In this document: positions 17,761-25,502 of the stretch, one piece after another
Layout of the letters: each line of letters starts with the position of its first letter
Numbering within the stretch: position 1 is the first letter of the stretch
IMG/VR virus record: IMGVR_UViG_3300005805_000278
Span: 1 to 32,431 of that record
Origin: a virus
Taxonomy: Duplodnaviria; Caudoviricetes
Reading direction: 5' to 3' (one strand)
Length of the DNA stretch: 32,431 nucleotides
Program-made: the position numbers and the translations under genes
The notes under the pieces: model-generated
The model's input: the letters and a program-made list of their open reading frames with translations, nothing else
Database searches by the model: none
Told to the model about the DNA's origin: nothing

Positions 17761-18786
17761 ATGCCCCTCAAAGGACAAAGAGCAGGCGACGATCTCACGG
17801 CCCTCGCGCGGAAGCTCGTGGCCCTCCACCCGGACGCCCCGGCGAAGACCTTGGGCCGCCGCCTTCAGGCCGAGAGCAACGGGGCCCTGACGCTCGAGCA
17901 GGCCTACCTGCGGATCCGCTACGCGCTGGGCGTGATCGGCAAGAAGAACCGCCGCAACCTCGTAAGCGTCGGCGGCACCGTCCGCGAGCCGCGCGCATCC
18001 GGCCAGGTGTTCGCCATGCCCGCGAGCAAGGCCGACGGCTGGGAGCCCCACGTCCTCGACGTGACCGGGCCGGTCGGGATCCTGAGCGACATCCACGTCC
18101 CCTATCACTCGGAGACGGCCGTCCGGGCCGCGGTCGACGCGCTCACCGGCGAGAAGATCGAGGCCCTCGTCCTGAACGGCGACACGGCCGACTTCTACGC
18201 GATCTCGCGGTGGACGAAGAACCCGGCGAGGCGGAACTTCAAGGGCGAGCTCGTCGCGATCCGCGAGCTGCTCGGCTGGCTGCGGCAGACGTTCCCCGAG
18301 GTCCCGATCGTCTTCAAGAGCGGGAACCACGAGGAGCGGTGGGAGCATTGGCTGTGGCAGCACGCCCCCGAGATCAGTGACGAGCCCGAAATGGGCCTCG
18401 ACCACTGGCTCCGGCTCCGCGAGCACGGGATCGAGCTCGTGAAGGACCAGCGGCCGATCCTGGCCGGCCGGCTGCCGATCCTGCACGGGCACGAGAAGGG
18501 CAAGGGGATCTCCGCCCCGGTCAACCAGGCCCGCGGGGCGTTCCTCCGCCTCCACCACACCGTCCTCGAGGGCCACGGCCACCGCACGAGCGGACACTGC
18601 GAGCCCGATATGTTCGGGAGCGAGGTGTTCTGCTGGTCGACCGGCTGCCTGTGCGACATGCGGCCGGAGTACGCGAGGTTGAACAAGTGGAACCACGGAT
18701 TCGCGATCGCCGGGGTCCACGCCGACGGGTCTTTCGATGTTCAGAATCTCCGCATCACCGCCGACGGGAAGGTCCGCAGCTCATGA
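17761..18786 (+). CDS. Calcineurin-like metallophosphoesterase
   Basis: SDIH, NGD..D, GNHE, LHGHE, GHGH motifs; CAGGAGG RBS before ATG 17761. Confidence 0.88.
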   Translation: MPLKGQRAGDDLTALARKLVALHPDAPAKTLGRRLQAESNGALTLEQAYLRIRYALGVIGKKNRRNLVSVGGTVREPRASGQVFAMPASKADGWEPHVLDVTGPVGILSDIHVPYHSETAVRAAVDALTGEKIEALVLNGDTADFYAISRWTKNPARRNFKGELVAIRELLGWLRQTFPEVPIVFKSGNHEERWEHWLWQHAPEISDEPEMGLDHWLRLREHGIELVKDQRPILAGRLPILHGHEKGKGISAPVNQARGAFLRLHHTVLEGHGHRTSGHCEPDMFGSEVFCWSTGCLCDMRPEYARLNKWNHGFAIAGVHADGSFDVQNLRITADGKVRSS

Positions 18787-19061
18787 GCTCTGACCACCAC
18801 TTCACGCTCAACGGAGACGAGCGGTGGCTCGTCCGCTTCACGAAGCTCGAAGGCGGGGCCTACGGCTACACCTTCAGCCAGAAGTCGAAGCGGCCGCGGA
18901 TCCTGATCCACGACGGCCTCCGCGGCCGCCACCGGATGACCATCCTCGTCCACGAGCTGCTCCACGCCCTGTTTCCGACTGCCTCCGAGGAGCACGTCGA
19001 GCAGGCCGGGAGGGACATCTCGAAGGTCCTCCACGCCCTGGGCTACCGGGAGCAGCGATGA
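18783..19061 (+). CDS. Small HExxH zinc metallopeptidase-like protein
   Basis: ILVHELLHALFP..SEE; ATGA overlaps on both sides. Confidence 0.75.
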   Translation: MSSDHHFTLNGDERWLVRFTKLEGGAYGYTFSQKSKRPRILIHDGLRGRHRMTILVHELLHALFPTASEEHVEQAGRDISKVLHALGYREQR

Positions 19062-19576
19062 GGCCGGCGGTCTGGCTCACGCCCGAGCAGCTTGACCAGG
19101 CCGAGCGCGAGGCCCGGCGGTTCTCCGGCGCCTGGACTGGTACTGCCGGGAGCCTAGCCTCATGGGTCGTCCATCTGGTCCGCATGGTCCGACACCTCGA
19201 GGAGCACGCCGTGAAAGAGCAGGAAGGGGCCACCGTCCGGTTCGCCACTGGGGCCGTCCGGTCGAGCGATGCCGAGGCCACCCGCTACGACCTGATCTCG
19301 CCGATCGGCCTGGAGGCCGTCGCCAGGACGTGCGCCGAGGGGGCCGCCAAATACTCGGATTTCAACTGGGAGGCCGGGATGCCGGTCCATGACCTGCTCA
19401 ACCACGCCCTGCGGCACATCTACCGCTACCTGGCCGGCGACCGCTCCGAGGACCACCTGCCCCACGCGGCGTGGGGCCTGCTCGCGGCGATCCACTCCGA
19501 GGCCCTCTGGCCGGAACTGAACGACGGGACGCTCCGAGGGCCCGGGTGCACGCGGCCTACCCCGCCTCCGGCCTGA
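19058..19576 (+). CDS. dATP/dGTP diphosphohydrolase-like (DUF5664-type) protein
   Basis: FATGAVR, RYDLISP, GAAKY...NWE.G, ALRH, EDHL.HAAW. Confidence 0.8.
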   Translation: MRPAVWLTPEQLDQAEREARRFSGAWTGTAGSLASWVVHLVRMVRHLEEHAVKEQEGATVRFATGAVRSSDAEATRYDLISPIGLEAVARTCAEGAAKYSDFNWEAGMPVHDLLNHALRHIYRYLAGDRSEDHLPHAAWGLLAAIHSEALWPELNDGTLRGPGCTRPTPPPA

Positions 19577-20438
19577 ACACCCGCGGCATGGACTGCCAGG
19601 CCTTCGGCCGCGTGGCGTCGACCACGCGCGGGTCGAGGTAAGACCGCCGCGTGATCCTGTCCGTCGAGTGTCCGAGGTACGCCGTGGCGTCGAGCCCGGC
19701 GGCCGTGAGGTGTGACGCCGTCGACCGCCGCAGGGCATGGAACTGGACGTCGCGGCCGTCCCCGAGCCCGGCCCGGCGGGTGATCGTCTTCCACCGTTTC
19801 CGCAGGGCCGTCGCCGAGGCTGTCCACCAGAAGACCGTCGGGCCGCTGTGGCTGCTGACGGCGTCGACCAGGTCGCAGGCCTCGGGCGAGAGTTCGTAGA
19901 CCCGCTCCTGGGCCCGCCCCTTGCGGACGATGGCCGGGACCGTGAGCGTGGGCCGCTGCCAGCCGCTCCGCGGGGTGTGCAGGATCGCGGAGATCCGCTC
20001 GCCCGTCTCCAGGCCGACCGCGATCAGCGCCCGGAAGAACGTGGCGGCCGGCACCGGGCCGACCCACCCGCTCGACCAGCTCGCGGCCTGGGCCAGCCGC
20101 TCGAGCTCCTCGACGGTGAAGGCCCGCGGGACCTTGTGCGGCACGAGCTCGGGCGCGACGGTCGGCCGGAGGCGGACGAGGCCCCGGCCCTGGGCAAGAT
20201 TCCACAGGGCCAGGATCCCGGATCGCTCGCGGGCCACGCTGTTCGGCGACTTCTTCGCCGCCATGGCCGCGAGCCACTGGGAGACGACGAGATCGTCGAG
20301 GTCTTCCAGCGTGGCCGGTCTGCCGAGCCACCGCGAGAACTGGGTGATCGAGTGCCGCAGCAGGCGGACGCTCTCGGGCGAGCGGCCGCGGAGACGAAGG
20401 GGAACGTAGACGGTGTCGAGAAACGTGGTGAGTGTCAT
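19557..20438 (-). CDS. int: Tyrosine recombinase/integrase
   Basis: TGERISA (R), RKG (K), FHALRR (HxxR), LGHS, SYLD (Y); N-terminal SAM-like core-binding region. Confidence 0.93.
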   Translation of the reverse strand: MTLTTFLDTVYVPLRLRGRSPESVRLLRHSITQFSRWLGRPATLEDLDDLVVSQWLAAMAAKKSPNSVARERSGILALWNLAQGRGLVRLRPTVAPELVPHKVPRAFTVEELERLAQAASWSSGWVGPVPAATFFRALIAVGLETGERISAILHTPRSGWQRPTLTVPAIVRKGRAQERVYELSPEACDLVDAVSSHSGPTVFWWTASATALRKRWKTITRRAGLGDGRDVQFHALRRSTASHLTAAGLDATAYLGHSTDRITRRSYLDPRVVDATRPKAWQSMPRVFRPEAG

Positions 20439-20562
20439 GGCGTGTACCTCCGCAAAAGGGATAGGTCACGCTTCCGTGCGGGGGAAATCCTTCCTTGGGC
20501 GGTCCGGTCGTGACGTTCGTGCGGATTGGCCGCCGCACGGATGGTCACTGCATGGTTCCCTT

Positions 20563-20576
20563 CTGCCCCCGCCACT
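20563..20576 (+). other. Candidate attP core resembling a tRNA-Met 3' end (CTGCCCCCGCCACT)
   Basis: Lies between divergent int and xis-like genes; resembles the T-arm/acceptor 3' strand of initiator tRNA. Confidence 0.5.
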
Positions 20577-20694
20577 TTCAACCCTCCGCTCCCCGCCGGG
20601 GATCGCAACCCTGCCGGGAGGCCGCGTTTCGCGGTTTCCACGGCACGTCCCGGGCGGCTTGATTGGAGGACACGTCCCACTAGCATCGGAGGCT

Positions 20695-20937
20695 ATGGCG
20701 ATGGTCATCGACCCCAAGACCGGGAAGAAGCTCGTCTCGCCGCACGAGGCGGCGAAGATCTGCGGCTGCACGGACGGGTACTTCCGGCAGCTCTTCAAGT
20801 CCGGCACGCTGCGCCGCGTGGTGGAATCCCCCAGGCGGGTGTTCTACTATCTCGACGAGGTCGAACGTCTCAGCAAACGGACCGCCGAGACCAGAAAAAA
20901 GCGCGGCGGCAGGCCACGGAAGGGAACGGCCGCCTGA
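20695..20937 (+). CDS. Excisionase-like/MerR-type HTH DNA-binding protein
   Basis: GGAGG RBS; LVSPHEAAKICGCTDGYFRQL; basic RGGRPRK tail. Confidence 0.75.
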   Translation: MAMVIDPKTGKKLVSPHEAAKICGCTDGYFRQLFKSGTLRRVVESPRRVFYYLDEVERLSKRTAETRKKRGGRPRKGTAA

Positions 20938-20949
20938 TCGGAGGCGCCG

Positions 20950-21261
20950 ATGGTCGAGTGGCTGAGTTACGTCGTCCGCGCGTTCGCGGCCGTGACGCTC
21001 GGCGGAGTGTCCGCCGTGTTCCTGATCCTCGCCGTGACCACACGGGACGCTCGCGCGGTTTCTCTCGCGCTGGGGTGTGTCTTCGCACTGGCCGGCGCTT
21101 TCACCTGGCCGAGAAGGCCGAACGCGTGGCGGCGTGATCCGCCCACTGACCGGCAGCTCGCCTACGCTCGCGACCTGGGGATCACGATCCGTCGCGGGAT
21201 CTCGAAGGGCGAACTCTCCGACTTGATCGGACAGGCCAAGGCCGCCCGGGACGAAGCGTAA
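20950..21261 (+). CDS. Two-TM membrane protein with C-terminal PTDRQLAYARDLG domain
   Basis: Two hydrophobic helices; GGAGG RBS. Confidence 0.7.
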   Translation: MVEWLSYVVRAFAAVTLGGVSAVFLILAVTTRDARAVSLALGCVFALAGAFTWPRRPNAWRRDPPTDRQLAYARDLGITIRRGISKGELSDLIGQAKAARDEA

Positions 21262-21313
21262 TCACGCGTTTTCTGCGGCAAAACCCTCACGGCAAGAAAA
21301 ATCCGAAGTCCTC

Positions 21314-21343
21314 TTGACCAATTGACGATAAGCGGAGTACCTT
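21314..21343 (+). promoter_or_regulatory. Sigma70-type early promoter TTGACC-N18-TACCTT
   Basis: In the AT-richer intergenic region heading the early operon, with upstream A-tracts. Confidence 0.6.
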
Positions 21344-21393
21344 CCCCGTCGCGTCATGGATGACGTCGACACACGCAGAAGCATGGAGGCACG

Positions 21394-21471
21394 ATGAACG
21401 TCGAAGTGTGGGTCGAGCTGCTGATCGTTGTCCTGCGGATCGTGGCGGCAGGAGCCGCCGATTGTTTCTGA
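21394..21471 (+). CDS. 25-aa hydrophobic peptide MNVEVWVELLIVVLRIVAAGAADCF
   Basis: GGAGG RBS at 21385-21389; below the ORF-track cutoff; read directly from the sequence. Confidence 0.6.
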   Translation: MNVEVWVELLIVVLRIVAAGAADCF

Positions 21472-21499
21472 TTCCCATTTCACGAACGGAGTACTTGGC

Positions 21500-21745
21500 A
21501 TGGAAGCCAACACGGAACGGATGCCCGGTGATGCGGAGGCCGCAGCGGCCGCCGCGGGGATGGCCGAGACCTACGGGCACGGCCCCCGCCCTGCGATCGG
21601 CGACTCGGTCTGGTTCTCGCCGACGGTCGGCTCGATGGCTCGCGAGGGTCGCGTCGTCGCCTACGGCGAGCACGACTTCCTGATCGTCCGCGAACCGTCC
21701 GGCGAGCGGTTCATTGTCGCCCCGTGGCAGCTCAAGGGGTTCTGA
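21500..21745 (+). CDS. Hypothetical early protein (SH3/KOW-like C-terminus possible)
   Basis: GGAG before ATG 21500; PAIGDSVWF...EGRVV. Confidence 0.65.
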   Translation: MEANTERMPGDAEAAAAAAGMAETYGHGPRPAIGDSVWFSPTVGSMAREGRVVAYGEHDFLIVREPSGERFIVAPWQLKGF

Positions 21746-21746
21746 G

Positions 21747-21986
21747 ATGCCACTGGCCAACGGCGCCCACCATCGCGTCGATTCGCCGCGCGGCGACAGC
21801 GCTCGGCAGCGGTTCGCCTACCGGCGGGCCCTGCTGTGTGCGGCCGTGACGGCTCTCGACGCGCTGCTGTCGTGCGATCTGGAGTGCACCTCGATCAGGA
21901 CGAAGGCCGTGATCCTCCGGGCCCGCGTGGCCCGGGATCGGGCGTGGCCGCTGGTCACGGACGAAGACGGGAGGGCCTGGGAATGA
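21747..21986 (+). CDS. Hypothetical protein
   Basis: Tightly packed between neighbours. Confidence 0.55.
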   Translation: MPLANGAHHRVDSPRGDSARQRFAYRRALLCAAVTALDALLSCDLECTSIRTKAVILRARVARDRAWPLVTDEDGRAWE

Positions 21987-22240
21987 CGCTCGTCCATGGG
22001 CTGGCGGTGGCCGCTGTCTCGTTCGCCGTGACGCTGCTCGCGTTCTCGGCGGCCGCGGTGGCTGTGGCCGTGCGGAGGATTCAGGAGGAGCGCCGCTGCA
22101 GTGGATGCGGCGGCGGAGGATGCCGGCGGAGCCGTGGTTCGGCAGGAAGCCGGGGGACTGTGCAGCCGGGCGGCGAGGGAACGCCGCTCGGCGACCGGGG
22201 GACGCTGGCCCGCGTGGGCTGGGTCGAAACCAAAGAGTAG
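21983..22240 (+). CDS. Small single-TM protein
   Basis: ATGA overlap; hydrophobic N-terminal helix, then CSGCGGGGC. Confidence 0.55.
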   Translation: MTLVHGLAVAAVSFAVTLLAFSAAAVAVAVRRIQEERRCSGCGGGGCRRSRGSAGSRGTVQPGGEGTPLGDRGTLARVGWVETKE

Positions 22241-22249
22241 GAGGGTGTG

Positions 22250-23161
22250 ATGGCGATCAAGATCGAGCGCGGCGTGAGCCGCGGGGCCGTGCGGACGACG
22301 CTCTATGGCACGGAGGGGATCGGGAAGACGACGCTGGCCGCGCAGTGGCCGAACCCGGTGATCCTCGACACCGAGGACGGGACGAGACAGATCGACTGTG
22401 CCCGCGTCCGCTGCCCGGACTGGATGACGCTCCACGGAGCGCTCGTCGAGCTCGGCGGCGACCCGCAGGGGTTCGAGACGGTGGTCGTCGACTCCGTCGA
22501 CTGGGCCGAGAGGCTCATCATCGAGGCGATGCTGAAGCGCGACGACAAGAAGTCGATCGAGGACTACGGGTTCGGGAAGGGGTTCGTGAAGCTCGCGGAG
22601 CAGTTCGGGAAGCTCCTGTCCCTGCTCGACGGCATGATCGACCGCGGCGTGCATGTAGTGCTCGTCGGTCACTCGGTCGTGAAGCGGCAGACCCCGCCCG
22701 ACATGGACGAGGGCTTCGATCGGTTCGAGCTCAAGCTCTCGAAGCAAGTCGGCCCGCTCGTGAAGGAGTGGTCTGACCTCCTGCTGTTCGCGAACTACCG
22801 GACGACGCTCGTCGAGGGGACCGACGGCCGGACCCGCGCGAAGGGCGGGAAGGAACGGGTGATCCACGCCGAGCGGTGCGCGGCCTGGGACGCGAAGAAC
22901 CGGTTCGGCCTGCCCGCGTCGATGCCGATGGAGTGGGAGTCGATCGGGCACCTGTTCCCGGCCAATCCCAAGGCCAACGTCCAGGAAATCGCCGGCTACA
23001 TCCGGGCGGCCAAGGACCTCCGAGCGCTCGGGAACATGGTCACGCGGCTCGACACCATGCTCTCCGAGGGCCAGATCACGGACGACCAGTGGGGCGAGCT
23101 GACAGACCTCGCGGACGCCCGGCACGACGAGCTCGATCCGAAGACGGAGGCCGCGACATGA
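22250..23161 (+). CDS. AAA_24/Sak4-like ATPase (ssDNA annealing)
   Basis: YGTEGIGKTT, DTEDG, VVVDSVDWAE, GFGKGF, AWDAKNR; SSB-like gene nearby. Confidence 0.88.
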   Translation: MAIKIERGVSRGAVRTTLYGTEGIGKTTLAAQWPNPVILDTEDGTRQIDCARVRCPDWMTLHGALVELGGDPQGFETVVVDSVDWAERLIIEAMLKRDDKKSIEDYGFGKGFVKLAEQFGKLLSLLDGMIDRGVHVVLVGHSVVKRQTPPDMDEGFDRFELKLSKQVGPLVKEWSDLLLFANYRTTLVEGTDGRTRAKGGKERVIHAERCAAWDAKNRFGLPASMPMEWESIGHLFPANPKANVQEIAGYIRAAKDLRALGNMVTRLDTMLSEGQITDDQWGELTDLADARHDELDPKTEAAT

Positions 23162-23412
23162 TCCTCCACCGCGTCGATCTGTCCACTTCGTTGACAGACA
23201 AGGGTGTGCAGATCTACCGCCGGCACGGCGACTCCGTCGTCGTGTCGGGGCGGCTGTACGTCGACGAACAGGCTGGGGCGTTTCTGGTCCCTGCTGACGG
23301 CTGGCATGCCGTCCGGGCCGCGGCCCTGATCGAGGCGGCGGGGCGACTGCAGGGCTGGGCGCACCTGCTCATGAATCAGGCCGAGGAGCTGCGGCGGGAG
23401 GCGGCCACATGA
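23158..23412 (+). CDS. Hypothetical protein
   Basis: GGAGG RBS, ATGA overlap. Confidence 0.6.
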   Translation: MILHRVDLSTSLTDKGVQIYRRHGDSVVVSGRLYVDEQAGAFLVPADGWHAVRAAALIEAAGRLQGWAHLLMNQAEELRREAAT

Positions 23413-23669
23413 GCCGGGTCGAGTGGATGACGTTCTCGCGGATGCGCGGCGACACCGAGCCGCGCGAGTGGCTCCGCTGGTCGGAGTTGTGGGCGTGGGC
23501 CCAGACGGAGTTCCCGGCCATGGGCCTATACGACGTTCGCAAGGCGATCCGTCCGATCCCGGCCGACCGCCACTACGGGCACAAGCACTACACGAGCGAG
23601 CACCAGGCCGCGATCCGAGCGTATGCGGAACGGGCCGGACTTCAGGCGAAGGAGACTGCGAATGGATGA
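23409..23669 (+). CDS. Hypothetical protein (possible DNA-binding)
   Basis: GGAGG RBS, ATGA overlap. Confidence 0.6.
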   Translation: MSRVEWMTFSRMRGDTEPREWLRWSELWAWAQTEFPAMGLYDVRKAIRPIPADRHYGHKHYTSEHQAAIRAYAERAGLQAKETANG

Positions 23670-24162
23670 CGCGTTGAATTGGGACGATTTCGGCGGCGAG
23701 GACCAGGCGGAGAAGCTGCTGCCGCCGGCCGACTACACGGGTGAGATCACGGCGGCGCAGTTCGCCCACGCCGACTGGGCGGCCAAGAAGATGCCCGAGT
23801 CGGGCGGGAGGATTCTGAAGGTCAAGGTCGAGATCGACTCGCCAGCCGGCTACGGGGTGGCCGAGACGACGATCCCCGTCGTGAAGACCAACCGCTGGAA
23901 GTTTCGGCTGATCTCGCTCGCGGCCGGCGTCGAGCCGCCGTCGAAGGACGGCCCGGCATGGAGCCCGTCGGCCCTCGTCGGGAAGCGGGTCAGGGTCACG
24001 ACCTCGATCTACACGAACGAGCGGACCGGGGAGTCGAAGGTCCAGATCGACAAGTGGCACGAAGGCGCTGTCCAGGCCGCTCTCGTGAGCCGTCCGGCTG
24101 AGACGCGGGCGAAGCCCGCGAGCAAGCCGGCGATGCCAGCGAACGACGACATCCCATTCTGA
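23662..24162 (+). CDS. Phage single-stranded DNA-binding protein (DUF669-like)
   Basis: LLPPADY, LVGKRVRV, C-terminal DDIPF tail. Confidence 0.8.
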   Translation: MDDALNWDDFGGEDQAEKLLPPADYTGEITAAQFAHADWAAKKMPESGGRILKVKVEIDSPAGYGVAETTIPVVKTNRWKFRLISLAAGVEPPSKDGPAWSPSALVGKRVRVTTSIYTNERTGESKVQIDKWHEGAVQAALVSRPAETRAKPASKPAMPANDDIPF

Positions 24163-24171
24163 GGAGACACC

Positions 24172-24396
24172 ATGCCCGGCTACCCAACATGCGACGAAGT
24201 TCTCGCGTTCCTCCGGGACAACGGCCAGCCCTACATGGCGGACGTGGTCCTGGCGCTGCGGGAGTCATATCGGCAGTGCCGCGGCGCGAACGAGAAGACG
24301 CTCGCGGCCTACTACGCGCTGAAAGTGAAGTACGAGCCGCCACCGGCGGCACCAGACCACAGGAGTTATCTGTCGAAGCCCGAGTCGAGCGACTGA
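24172..24396 (+). CDS. Hypothetical protein
   Basis: GAGGAG RBS. Confidence 0.65.
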   Translation: MPGYPTCDEVLAFLRDNGQPYMADVVLALRESYRQCRGANEKTLAAYYALKVKYEPPPAAPDHRSYLSKPESSD

Positions 24397-24559
24397 CTCG
24401 CCCGGCCGCTCCCGGCCGCAGGGGCTGCTATCACCGGCCCCGGGGAGAGCGCCGCCGGCGGTCGCGACAAAACACCGGCAGCAGACGACGGCTCGCCTTT
24501 TGGCCGTGCGTCAGCCGGCCGCCCCACGAGACGGGGCACCACACAAGGAGGGACGAGAG

Positions 24560-24706
24560 ATGCCAGGAGTCAACAGGATCGACCGCGAGCGGGTGCAGCA
24601 GCTGCTCCGCCAGGGCAGCACGCCAAAGCAGGTCTGCCTGCGGTTGGGGATCAACAAGGACAGCGTCTTGCGGATCGCTCGCGAGGTTAAGGAGTGCAAG
24701 GCATGA
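24560..24706 (+). CDS. Small HTH DNA-binding protein
   Basis: AAGGAGG RBS; LLRQGSTPKQVCLRLGINKDSVLRI. Confidence 0.7.
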   Translation: MPGVNRIDRERVQQLLRQGSTPKQVCLRLGINKDSVLRIAREVKECKA

Positions 24707-25500
24707 GCGAAGCAGCAACCATTGGCGGATACGTCGTTCATCCTGCGGCAGCGGTGTTCCCACTGATCGAAGGAGACGAGTTCGACAATCTCGTCGAGTC
24801 GATCATCAACAACGGGATACACCATCCGATTGTCGTCCGCCGCGGCCCTGACGCCGACGAGCTGATTGACGGGCGGAACCGGCTTCGGGCCGTCGAGGCG
24901 GCGCGAGAGCAGGGACACAAGGTCACGGTGCCTGTCGTCGAGTGGAAGGATGACGGCCGCAACGTGGCCGAGTGGATATGGGACACGAACGCCATGCGGC
25001 GTCAGATGACCGATGACGGCATCGCCATCGCGTCCGCCGCCATCTGGCCGCTGATCGCGCAGGAGAACGAGGCGCGGAGGGAGGCGACGAAGTTTGACAA
25101 GGCGAAGGCGACCGAGGCGGCCAAGGCTCGTCATGCGGTTACGACGGAATCGTCGTCACCGCAGAAGCGCGACCGGAAGGCTGACGACGCCCGCTCCACT
25201 GTCGGCCAGGTGGCCGCGAAGGCCGGAACGTCGATGCACAAGGCCCGCCAGGCGATCGCGGTGCAGAAGGCGATCGAGGCCGGCGAGCTGCCGGCCGAGA
25301 CGGCCAAGGAAGTGATGGCTGGCAAGAAGAAGCTGCGTGAGGTGGCCCCGAAGAAAGAGCGGCCGGCACCCGAACGAAAGCACCGCTCGATGAAAGCGAT
25401 TCTCGAAGACTTCCGCGACCTGATCGCGGAATGGATGGATGCGGAACACAACCGAGAGGTTCTCAAGGACGAGCTGAAAACCCACCTGGAGAGGCTGTAA
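24703..25500 (+). CDS. ParB N-terminal-domain protein
   Basis: HPAAAVFP, LVESI..NG...PIVV, LIDGRNRLRA, N..RR motif; HTH-like segment downstream. Confidence 0.85.
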   Translation: MSEAATIGGYVVHPAAAVFPLIEGDEFDNLVESIINNGIHHPIVVRRGPDADELIDGRNRLRAVEAAREQGHKVTVPVVEWKDDGRNVAEWIWDTNAMRRQMTDDGIAIASAAIWPLIAQENEARREATKFDKAKATEAAKARHAVTTESSSPQKRDRKADDARSTVGQVAAKAGTSMHKARQAIAVQKAIEAGELPAETAKEVMAGKKKLREVAPKKERPAPERKHRSMKAILEDFRDLIAEWMDAEHNREVLKDELKTHLERL

Positions 25501-25502
25501 CC

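Noticed and set aside
14657-18245. Other TTCAAGGG occurrences (near 14657 and 18238) as late promoters
   Set aside because: Mid-gene Phe-Lys-Gly codons without the TTCGGC extension and not positioned at module starts
19058-19576. 2-aminoadenine (Z-genome) pathway
   Set aside because: No PurZ/adenylosuccinate synthetase-like gene, HD dATPase or phage DNA polymerase is recognisable
20500-20580. Complete tRNA gene
   Set aside because: Only a 3'-end-like fragment; the T-loop is disrupted and I cannot build a cloverleaf
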